Assembly (NCBI GenBank): GCA_013239625.1
Contig: MU054220.1
Span: 5,502,626 to 5,566,625 of the forward strand
DNA from: Lama guanicoe
Taxonomy: Eukaryota
Direction of reading: 5' to 3'
Length of the DNA: 64,000 nt
A model generated the notes under the pieces. It saw only the letters and a program-made list of their open reading frames with translations, was not told where the DNA came from and ran no database searches. The position numbers and the translations under genes are program-made. Positions 1 through 10,724 of this stretch are shown in pieces. Position 1 is the stretch's first letter. Each line of letters begins with the position of its first letter.

Positions 1-637
1 AATCACAGAAATAGACTGTACGAATCAGATACATTTAAATCTATGAATTCATAATGATACTATAAATGAAAATCTTATTAATCATCTTCAGAGGATTCTA
101 GGAATCAAATCATTATTTTGAAAACTGATAAATTAGAGAAAAGAATTAAGTATTTGTCCTCATTTTTCTTTAGGACTATACAAGAGCATAACCAAACAGT
201 TACTGAATAGTTGTTTTTATTTAGCATTTTAGCTAATAAATGAAGAAGAGATTGTAGAATTGGAATACTTCCATTTTTCAACTTTACTGGCATTACTGGC
301 ATTACTGTCCATACAAGAACACTTGGGGATATATTTTGTTATTATTTCTATTTTATATATTAGGAAAGTTGAAGGTGTGAGAATTGGGCATTTTATTCAA
401 GGTCATGATGCACTAAGAGGCCAAAACCTGAGACTCTGTCCTCTGAGCGCATGCTCCATGGGGGCTAACTCTCTTTTCGAATACCTATAAACCCTTCTGA
501 AACGCTTCTCAAATTTTCTGTCTGTGTGGGAGTACTGAAAATACAGTATGTATAGTGAAGCGAAAAGACTTGCAGGCTCTGGACCCATGCTCCTTGATTC
601 ACTTATTCAGTTCATCCATTCAATAGCTTGTATGCCT

Positions 638-778
638 GTCAGTTAACTAACCTCTCTGTGTCTAGGTTTGGAAATAGTCATAATACCTTCTGTTGTGGGA
701 ATTGAATGAGTTGACACATGAAAGGCACCTTAAAAGGATATCAGGTGGTGGGAGATATTCTATAAATGGGCAAAGCTA
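638..778 (+). mobile_element. MIR SINE relic
   Basis: 'gttaactaacctctctgtg...ataatacct...gttgtgggaattgaatgagttgacacatgaaaggcacctt' follows the MIR core and 3' part. Boundaries approximate. Confidence 0.65.
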
Positions 779-787
779 TAAATGGCA

Positions 788-872
788 ACAGATGAGGAAG
801 CCGAAGCTCAGAGAGGTGGATGGCATTGCTGTTTGCACTCAGGTCATCCAATTCCAAATCTGGCTTTCTGGC
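788..872 (-). mobile_element. MIR SINE relic, opposite orientation to its neighbour
   Basis: 'acagatgaggaagccgaagctcagagaggt' matches the reverse MIR core (acagatgaggaaactgaggctcagagaggt). Confidence 0.7.
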
Positions 873-1139
873 TACTTTCTAGCTACTACTTTTCCCAACT
901 TTAAATACAGATCTGCTTTCTGATCTATGAGGAATTCCTAGGCCGTTTTGCCCAGGAACGTCCTAATCCAGTTTGAAAACTCTTCCTGTCATTTATATTT
1001 TCAATATCCTTTCCAGATTGTAGGACCTCTGAAATGAGAACCCCTTTCCTCACCTAGTCTTGCTCAGCAGAGAATGTGCCCTGTTCTACTTGGCTTAAAA
1101 AAAAACAAAACAAAAAACTGAGTCTGGGAAGTCTTATCG

Positions 1140-1832
1140 AGATATAATTTCGACACCATAAAATCCATCCTTCACCTAGTTCAATTATACAGTTCAATTG
1201 GATTTTAGTATATTTACAGAGTTGTACAACCATCATCGCAATCTGCTTTTAGAACATTTCCATCAACCTAAAAAGAAACCTCTCATCCATTTATAGTCAT
1301 TCCCCATTTCCATCCCCAGACCTGAATGACTCCTATTTCTGTCTCTATAGATTTGTCTTTTCTCGACCTTCTATATACATAGATCATATAATATGTGCTT
1401 TTTAATGTCTTGCTTTTTTCATTGAGCATAACATATTTGAAGTCCATCATGTTTAAGTGTATATAAGTATTTCTGTTGCTTTTTATTGCCAAACAGTATT
1501 CCTTTGAGTGGATATATACATTTTGTTTCTCTGTTCACCAATTGATGAACATTTGAATTATTTCCACTTTTTGGTTATTGTGAATAATGTTACTGTGAAC
1601 ATCTCTGTACAGGTCTCTGTGTAGATGTATATTTTTATTTCTCCTGGGTAATACCTAGGAGTGGAACTCTTGTGTCACATGGTAACTGTGCATTTAACTT
1701 CTAAGGAAACTGCCAAGGAGTTTTCCAAAGTGGTATCACCATTGTATATTCTCAACAGCAATATAGGATGGTTTTAATTCCTCGATGCCATTGCTGACTC
1801 TGATTTTGTGTGGTTTATAACCATTTTCAGTG
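1140..1832 (-). mobile_element. Old L1 3' end (L1MB-like), 5'-truncated
   Basis: 'ttttagtatatttacagagttgtacaaccatcatc', 'ttctgtctctatagatttgtc', 'cttgggtaatacctaggagtggaact'-like and 'ggaaactgccaaggagttttccaaagtggt' motifs are antisense L1MB 3'UTR and ORF2-end sequence. Confidence 0.85.
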
Positions 1833-3559
1833 GATAATGGTGGAATGGGCATTTCTACGAAGGCTCTAATCCAAACTAGAAACATAGCTGAGTCTTAGTA
1901 TCTTTATTCCTTTATTTTAACCTTTTTCCTGCTTTAGACACTTCAGAGGGTTCAAGACCCATCTGGACCCGTCAGTCCCACTTTTCAGCAGGATTCCAGC
2001 AACGTGCTGGTGCTCACATGTGCATGTATCCATAGTAGATGCTTTTCCAGTTGGGGGACAGTACTTTTCCTTTTTTGCTTTTATAAAATATTTAATTAAA
2101 TTGCTCAGCAGATTCAGGTAAAGCATTAATTTTAGCTTATGGAGATTATTTTCATTGTTCCTAATGCCAGACTTAGATACTCACTAGTAAACAGCCTTGA
2201 AATTAATGGAAGAAAGAAAATCTGTAAGATTGTGCACCCTTACTTGTAAGAATTCAGGAGAGGAATGGGATTTGGGGGTCAGTTGGTGGCTCTTCCAGCA
2301 GGAATTGAGTAATAGCTTTACCAAAAGACATTAAAAATAACATTTTTTTCCCTTTTTCTAGCACAAATTAAAAATTGAATGATCCAGTTTCTTTCTTTAT
2401 AGCGTGTGCATATATACCACACAAACCTGGCCTCCTCACCCCCTGGGGAATCTCATAACCTTACCATCAATCCATCAACACTGCTCAATGCTGGGTGCCA
2501 TGAGGTGCAGAAGAGAAATAAAAATTGTGGCCTTACCCTTAAAGCATGAACACTTTATGTAGGAAAACACGACTTAGGGCAGTAAATCACAATGCTTTAA
2601 GATCGATTGCCAAGCTAAATATATTCTGGGACCCCAAGGCTAGGCTGAAGTATGTGATGGTTAAAAGCTGAGGGACAGCTTCATAGTTAAAATAGGAGAT
2701 AATGAAGAATTTAAACATTTCTAGAATTCCTACTAATTTAGAATTGAAAGGAACCTGAGATATCCTGATATCTGCCTGAGAGGACATCATATTTTCTGTC
2801 ATAAATGTAAAAACTGCAAGTCTGTCAGCAGTGGGAGGAAAGGAAATTTGGATAGTGCAAGAAGGTGGGTATTATTATCTTTATCTCTGTTATCTTTTTG
2901 CCTGTTTCAGGTAGGAGAAAGAGAAGGGAGGGAGGAGTCTCAGTCCAGGATAACTTCAGTTGTGAGTTGCTTCTCTCTATGGCTGAACATTGTCCCTTAA
3001 AATGGTCATTCAGCATACTTCCCCAATTACTTACAACCCAGTCTCTACTTCATTTAAACCAAAGTAATGTTTTGTTTGGGGACTAAGACACAGGTTGGAA
3101 AAATTCTGACAATTGCATCAATTAATAATAAAACCAACCAAACAACAAACAAATATAAAAATTCAGTCTTTTACTCCTGTAACTTGAATCTTTCGCATGT
3201 TCAAAAATTCACAGAGATATTATTTTCATTTGCTTTTCTTAAAAAAGTCATGATTACTGGTTGGTTTCAGTTCAGTTATACCCAAAAGTATGTTTTAGGA
3301 GAGGTTGAGAAAGTTCTGCCGTAGTTAAATTTAACATGTTCTATGGTGTCATTTTGTTTTTAGTATAAAGTTATCTAAAATACACTTATTTTTCTCATTG
3401 GCTCCTTAGGTCAAAGCATAAAAAAATTTCTATCTACAGAAATGTCATCAGACCACCATAAAATTGGAGACAGGAATGTACTGATTTTGTAAAATAGCAA
3501 AAAGTTTGTATTCTTTTAGACATTGGTAATAACGAGATAATATATAGCACCTTAACTAA

Positions 3560-3670
3560 ATTTGGAGATGAGAAAATTGAATCTTAGGAGAAGTAAATCA
3601 TCCCAAGATCATACACCTAGTTAGAGACAAAGCCTAGATTCGAAAAGAGATCTCTGCTTCAAATCATAAT
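3560..3670 (-). mobile_element. MIR relic
   Basis: 'agatgagaaaattgaatcttagg...cccaagatcatacacctagttagagacaaagcctagattcgaa'. Confidence 0.65.
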
Positions 3671-4037
3671 ATTCTTGTCTCATTTATTCCAAAATTAAAA
3701 TTCTCACATATTCAAAATCTGGCTATTCTCCTACGTGTTAGCACCTAAGAAAAATATAAAATTAGCAATAAGCAGTTTCTAAATATTGTTTATAACATTG
3801 TCATAGATAGCACACCGTTTATAGTTGATTTATACTTTTCTAGGTTTAGCTTTATGTAAACTATTATTGTTCAAAATTAATTAAAGCAAGGAATTATATT
3901 AAAATATTAAACTTAGTTATTTATGGCCAGTAGAGTTATAGGTTTTAAAAAACATCCTTTTCCCACCTATTTCACGATTTCTGCATTTTTAAAATAACAG
4001 CTATAATTTAGTTGCCTATTATAAGCTAGTATACCAT

Positions 4038-4130
4038 GTATCTTCACTGCTATGCCATTAGTGTCTGGCACAGAGTTGGTACCCAGTGAACCCATGTTGA
4101 CAAATTGAATGGATAAAAACAACGAATGAA
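4038..4130 (+). mobile_element. L2 3' end
   Basis: 'tcttcactgctatgccattagtgtctggcacagagttggtacccagtgaac...tgaatggat...gaatgaa' matches the L2 terminus. Confidence 0.6.
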
Positions 4131-4194
4131 CTGTGCAAACTTTCTTATATAAATTGTTTCTTTTTTAAGTCATCTTTTAACATGAAGACACTTT

Positions 4195-4300
4195 ATTATT
4201 ACCATCCTTTAACATGAAGTAATTGCAGTTCAGAATGGTTAAGTAACCTGTCTGAAATCAAATGGCTAGTAAGTAAAGAGCTGACGTTTAGATACATTCT
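4195..4300 (-). mobile_element. MIR relic
   Basis: 'ttattaccatcctttaacatgaagtaattgcagttcagaatggttaagtaacctgtctgaaatcaaatggctagtaag'. Confidence 0.6.
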
Positions 4301-5919
4301 GTCCCATCATTATGATGATGGAGATTTTTATTTTTACATTTAGAAATTCAATATTTTTGGAAGTTTAACATGAGCTCTTCAGGAAGGTGGGTAATACTGA
4401 TTAGAACCAAATTGTGTGGGTGTTTGATAAACTCTGATGGGTAGTTTGGATTTTACTCCAGTGGATGCCCAGAGCCAGGACTCTCTCCCACCCTAGTGGG
4501 GAAAAAACACATCAGATGGAAGTAGGGGGTTCTGGAAACTTCTTAGCCGGCAGAATTGGGAAATGTGTGAAATCTAGGACCTGGACAAGTCCTAAATTCT
4601 CTGCTTACTTTCCTAGCTACCACAACCTGTCCAGTTTTTAAAATTCAAAAAGGAAGAACAAAATAACTAAGTTTTCCCCTTCTCCAAACCAGTATTTTTC
4701 TGTAGCAGTGAAAAGCTGACAGAACCAGCAGGCCTCCAACTAATTGACTGTGTTGTATTCTGGGCTCTCACTGGCTTTTTCACTAAGGCGTTAAGAACAA
4801 GCCCCAGATGGTTCCTCTAAAACTAACCTTTGTGCCCCGGGCCTTGGCCAGTCCATCTGGCCTTTCATGCCTATTAATAGATTTTTTTTTCACCTGAGCC
4901 CAAGAAGTCAGGAATGGAAATATGCTTGTTTCTTTGGTGTCTGTGTTGCCAAGAGATAAATCATTGAAGACCACTGGGAAGATTTAAACCAAGTGCCTTT
5001 TTTCAAAGATAGCAGCAGCTCCTAGCTGCTTGGGAGTGTGCTACGCCTTTGTCTTGCAGGGCCAAGCAGGACTCTGAAAGAGATTCATTAGACCACACTT
5101 TAAATTCTTTCATTCTCATTTTGCTTCTCTTACTTTCCTCTACTCCTTCCTCCTTTCAACCCTCATTTTCACAGTGATAATGTTAAATCTTTCGAGTTAT
5201 TTGCTCTTCAGTGGACAGATGTTACAGGAAATCAATAGTATATTATAATATTCATAGTAATAGTTTCCATTTATCCAGTACTTCCAATCCTGTAAAAATA
5301 CACATAAGGTATCTCTATTTTATAGATGATTATACTGTATCTAAGACAGAGTAACTAACTTTCCCACTTAACATACAGCTATGGTAATGGCAGACCCAGA
5401 ATATGAAACTTCTTCCATGAACAAACCCATGTTTTTTTTAAAAAAATATACCAAATCCTCTGTTATTAAAATTCATAGTCATGGCTGTTGCTCTAGCCTT
5501 GGACATGACTCTTAGTTACTCTTTTGTTACTCTTTTGAAGCTTACTGTGGTTTTCAGCAAGGAGAATCACATGGTGTACTGGAAAGAGCAAGGGTAAGAA
5601 GGGCACCGTGGGTGTATCCACTTTGACCCGTTCATATCCCCATTAAAATGCCAGTAGGCATTTTATAAGGGAAATTATAAGGGGAAAAAAAAAAGCTAGT
5701 GTCAATGTGAGAATCACAGAAGGATTACATTCAAAGCAAGAACAAGCAAACAGAAGCCAGGTAACCAAGTAGAGAACACATGTTCCAGCCAGATAAAATG
5801 GTTTGGAAATTTGCCATATTTTTCATGCTCTAAAACATGTTATATAAGGATTATCTATTTCTTGAAGATTTGGGCCTTTTCTCATAGTATCAGATAAAGA
5901 ATTTTGTACTATTAACTCG

Positions 5920-6172
5920 GCTATCTCTAAACTTTTTAGTCATTTGTTTATAGTGAAGAATTTTGGAACATTTATTCCAATATATGAATATACAGTAAAT
6001 GAATTTCAGATTGAGTCCTTACCTGCATTGACCTGCCAGTCATAAGAGCACTCCCACTGAGTATATATTAAATATTTGCAAGCATATGCTTTCTCTGTTA
6101 TTTTACGTACAAGTAAATCTAATGATAGTTCTAATATTTTCTTCTCACATCCTGTTGGTTTATCTTGTGCCC
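5920..6172. mobile_element. Possible hAT-Charlie relic (Charlie4-like), interrupted by the short L1
   Basis: 'tctctaaacttttt' start and 'gttctaatattttcttctcacatcctgttggtttatcttgtgcccc' resemble recalled Charlie4-type sequence. Confidence 0.4.
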
Positions 6173-6182
6173 CCCCTTTTTA

Positions 6183-6380
6183 TATAAACATTTTTATTGA
6201 TTTATAATCATTTTACAATGTTGTGTCAAATTCCAGTGTAGAGCACAATTTTTCAGTTAATGCATGAACATACATACATTCATTGTCACATTCTCTTTCG
6301 CTGTGAGCCACCACAAGATCCTGTATATATTTCCCTGTGCTACACAGTACAATCTTGTTTATCTATTCTACATTTTCAGA
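6183..6380 (-). mobile_element. ~200-bp 5'-truncated young L1 3' end with TSD
   Basis: About 90% identical by eye to 10731-10922. Flanked by ATCTTGTG-C7-TTTTTA (6162-6182) and ATCTTGTG-C4-TTTTTA (6381-6398). Confidence 0.92.
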
Positions 6381-6779
6381 ATCTTGTGCCCCTTTTTATT
6401 GTTTGTATACTAATAGCAATTTTAGGCTTAGATAATCTGATTTTTTTCCTCCCTAATTATTGTATCCCTGCCTGACCATCACTTAGTTGCATGCCAGATG
6501 AAGAGGTTGAATAACCATCCTCTGAGGGGCCTGACTGATACACAGGGTGTGGTGTAGGGAAATGGTTTATGTGGAGTGACATTAATTTCTTCCTAATACC
6601 TAGGGCTTTCCCACTCACTGCCTTCCAAGAACCAGTTATTAAGAAAGCCTTTTTCTTTCTGAGTTTCTTAAGGCTAAACAATTTGAAAACTAATCATCTG
6701 GTCTCCTAGTTTGTCTCAGGAATTTGTTGTAAATGATGCAGTGACTAAACACACTAAAGAAAAGCATGTTTTTTTTTTG

Positions 6780-7070
6780 TGGGTTCATATAGCAGACCAT
6801 AAAAATATATATACTTGGCTGGCAGTAAAATCTATCAAAGTTTTTCAACAGCCCCATATTTTTTACATTCCTTCGCTGCCACCAGCAGCTGCCTCCACAT
6901 ATGTTCCTTGATTTTATGGGTGCATTACAACAGCATCAAAGCTGTTGTAACATTGCAGGCACGTTTTTATGGGGAGCGATTTCAGCACCATGCCATCCGG
7001 CTGGCCCACCCCGGCCTTCTGTTGTTAGAATGGAATGGCAACGGCTTTTAATGAAGGAGATAATGTATAA
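6780..7070. promoter_or_regulatory. Candidate enhancer (TCF/LEF, CDX/posterior HOX and TEAD motif cluster)
   Basis: Repeat-free block with ATCAAAG x2, CCATAAAA/TTTTATGG x3, CATTCC/GGAATG, retained CpGs and a 10-bp palindrome. Motif inference only. Confidence 0.4.
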
Positions 7071-8994
7071 GATAGGGAGTGGGTGGCCCAAGATGAATAT
7101 TGCCTTTCCTCCATGTCAGGGGAAGGGGCTTGGAGGTTACCTACTTTAGCAGCTCATCAGGGCAACTGACTTCCCTAGAGATGGCCCAGAGGACAGAGCA
7201 TTTGTGCATCCTCATTTCTGTGAGGAAATGGTCTATGACCTCCGTAATGACAGCATGATATTTGTATGTGGCTAAATGAGAGTGTTTGTGTTCCAGTAGG
7301 GTGGTCAGAATGGTTGTATCATTATTATCATCACATGTAATAACTATGTAATTATGTCATTAATATTGAATATTTAGGCTGTATCTCCAGGAGGGATGAA
7401 TCTCTAAGAATATTGCATCTGGGAACTCCGTTTTTCTTTTCCTTTCCTGCTCTAGAGAGCAAGTGAGCAGATGGTGTGTGGGTGGCCTTGTATTCATGTC
7501 CTTAAGACCCCCGGACACCAACCCCTTCCCCTAGACTCGTCTGTGCTTTCTGCACAGGTCACAAATTTGAACGTGTCTAGCTTATGCCTCATGATAAAGA
7601 CGTGCCAGGAAGAAAGGATGGGGGAATACATGTGAAAGAGGAGATGGTGACTTCCCTCTTGGCTTAGAAGACAACAGTTCAAGTTACCACCTTTAAGACT
7701 CTAAACAGACTCTTTTAAAAGGAGAAGTGAGGCAACTCACTTTTAGGTTCTTGAGGAAGTTACATTTAATGGAAGAATTCCTGGATCTGGGTTTCAGTTT
7801 GTACTGGCTTCAAAGTAGTCAAAGCCAATGTCCTCAAAGTGATCTTAGGATTTAATTAACTGGTTATTAACTAACTACTTTAAGCATTCATTAGACAATC
7901 ATTGATTTTAATTCTGAAGCAGTACACATCCAGGCATATTTTTTCATTCAGCTTCTACTGTTTCAGGCTCTGTGCTGGGAGCTGCCTGGCAATTTGCTGG
8001 CTTCTTGATGCTAATCAGTCTTGAATAGCTTTGACAGAAAAGAAGCATAGCATTTGTTGGTGCTGAAAGGGGACTCAGAAATTAGTCAGTACACCCTCCA
8101 CTCCATCTTACACCTTACACTGAGGCATAGAGAGAGGAAAAAGTGATTTGTTTAGGGTACAAAGCAGACTGAAGAACAGGTCAGAAGTGAAATCTTCTGG
8201 TATCTTTCCCGCTGTATGTTTTCAGAGTTGCTTTTAAATTTAGATTTGGAAGGCATAGTGTCCTTATCCTGTAGATTGTTACTTCTGGTTTGTCTTTCAT
8301 GAACTCAGATAGCCCTTCTCAAAAGTATGTGTGTTTGGGGCATATTTTTCCAGGAACAGTGTCAGATTGGCATCAAGCCCATTGTGATTTTCTTTCTGTT
8401 ACACCTGTTGAGCAGAAGCCTACCTCTTGAATAGATATGCACCCTGCATAGAGACTCCATGTGCTCTCTCTGTCTTTTCTTTGCACCATTCAGAATATTC
8501 TTCTCAATGGTCCAAACACTGTCTGGCTTCATCCCTGTGAGTTTCTCTGCTGACATTTTAAACTAAAAAATCATGGAGTCACTGGTATCCTGTTTTATCA
8601 CAGTTGTGACTCTCTGGGTCTCTTTTTGAACATTATTATGTAAAAAAATCAGAATATATACTGTCTTGGCATTATTAAGTTTCTTTTTTTTTTGTAAATC
8701 TTTACTTCATGGGGGAATCTTTTGGATTTTTATTTATATTTTATAAATTTATACTTGGCATCTTTTTTTTCGCAACACCCTTTCCTCTCCCCACCATCTC
8801 AGTAAAAACCTCAAATTAGCAGATTATACTGGTTTGCCTTTTCTAATGATACCGTGGAATAGAAAGGGAAAATAAACTTTTTCTTTTTTTAGTTTTTTAA
8901 AGTAAGGATAACTCAAGAAACAGGCTCTGCTCTAGTCCCATTACAGATAATATTTCTCATCTTTACAACAGATCTTCAAATTCAGTGCTGTTTG

Positions 8995-9132
8995 GCATTT
9001 GACAAATGAGGTAAATGAGGCTTAGAATACCTCAGTTACTTGTACAAATTTTCATGGATAAGCAGTAGCTCAGCCAGGAGGCTGCCAGCTCCTCCATCTG
9101 GCTTCCAAACTCATGTCCTTTCTATTGCACCG
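8995..9132 (-). mobile_element. MIR relic
   Basis: 'catttgacaaatgaggtaaatgaggcttaga...tctggcttccaaactcatgtcctttc'. Confidence 0.65.
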
Positions 9133-9164
9133 TGTGGCCAGGCTGCACCCTGAGCCCATTCATA

Positions 9165-9345
9165 TCATTTCCCTCATTTAATCCCCACAGTAACCCCCTG
9201 GGACATGCGTTTTAAGTCCATTTTACAGACAAGGAAACTGAGGTGGAGAGAGGCTACATAATTGGTCCAAGGCCTCTGAGCAAGTAAGTCGCAGAGCCGA
9301 GGTTCAGGCGCAAGTTGGTCTGACTCCAGAGTCCATGCTCTTCCT
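9165..9345 (-). mobile_element. MIR SINE
   Basis: 'ctcatttaatccccacagtaacccc...cattttacagacaaggaaactgagg...tctgactccagagtccatgctctt'. Confidence 0.85.
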
Positions 9346-10359
9346 GTGTAGCCATCTGCCTTTTTAGTGACATGTACTTATGGACTCTATTTGATCAGAC
9401 TGCTGACTCTCAATTATTTATTTAGGAATTAAGCCATTCTATTATTCTCATTTTATTTCAAGGGCAGTTAGCTATTCAGATACTTTGAGGTTCTTTCTCT
9501 GCTCTCTCTGAGTGGTGGGAAACAAATGAAGAACTGAAGAAGGATATGGAGTTGTCTAGCCAGAAGTGGCAACCAAGAGAAGATGTGATTGATGTTTCCA
9601 ATTTTTTTTTTTGAGTGTTGCCATATGGAGAAGGGATTCGCTTTTGCTCTAAATGACTTACTAGATTAGAATTATAACAAATGATGATCATAAGCTATTG
9701 GAAAAATATTTTGGAAAAGTCTAAAGAAAAGTTTTAGACGTCAAAGCTGTCAAAATTTGGAATAGATTGTCTCAGAATGTGGCAGTGTTCAGGAGAAGGA
9801 GGGCAACCACTTGGCAAAGTTGCTGTAGCAGCGATCTGATGACATTTAAGGCCCTTGAGACTGGATGATTTTCTGACATGGCTCTGCATTCCTGCGTATT
9901 CAACACTGGATGCTTGCCTGCTGCTTCTGCAGAACCTGGGATGTGTTCCCTAACAGTTGGCACAGGTGGCTTAGAAAAAGGGAGAGCCAGGAAGGGTGGA
10001 TCTCTGTCTCAGTCTTCATCAGCCCTGGGAGTGTCAGTCCACAGCCCAGAGGAATGAAGTACTGCAGTGCCAAGTGTCATCAATGGACCTTGTCAGAGTC
10101 CTAGACAAAGAGAAAGGAGGTACAATTTGCAGTGCTCCTTTTGTTTGTGTTTTCCTAGGTCTTGGTGTCACAATCATCAGAAAAGAAGAAAAAAACACTC
10201 CCTGGGTGTTGTTTCGAAAGGACACAGAGTAGCTAAAACTCAAGTTTTGAGTAAGGTTATTATTTGCAGCATAGCAATCACAAAATTTTCACATATAACA
10301 ATGATAGTGATAAGATTATAATGATAAGTTATTAAGAGGTTACTGTATTTTAGTATTAT

Positions 10360-10470
10360 TTCTGATTTCTTATAGATGAGCAAAGTGAAGTGTAAAAAGC
10401 TTATGCATTATAGTCACACATCTACAAAATGACACAACTAGGTTCAAATTTAGGTCCACTTGATATCGGA
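10360..10470 (-). mobile_element. MIR relic
   Basis: 'ttatagatgagcaaagtgaag...gtcacacatct...ctaggttcaaatttaggtc'. Confidence 0.55.
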
Positions 10471-10724
10471 GATTGTGTTATTTTATTTTTGCTGCTAATA
10501 ATTTCCATCACCTATGATATTTCTTACCCTTTATATAATGGAATTCATTGACATTTCTCTTTTGCTGGATTATATCTTTTTGAATGAGATGCTAAGAAGG
10601 AGCCACAGTTGGTCTCTTCTGGTTACGTTTTGCTACCATGTGGACCATCCATCTATACACAGGGCTGTGGGAAGAACACTGCACTTGGTCTAGTTACATT
10701 GTTTTCTTCTCACTTTAATTTCTT

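Noticed and set aside
638..872. Inverted MIR pair as a dsRNA or miRNA hairpin
   Set aside because: The copies are too diverged and cover different parts of the consensus; no long stem is visible.
6981..7001. REST/RE1 site (TTCAGCACCATG...)
   Set aside because: Only the left half matches; the GGACAG right half is absent.
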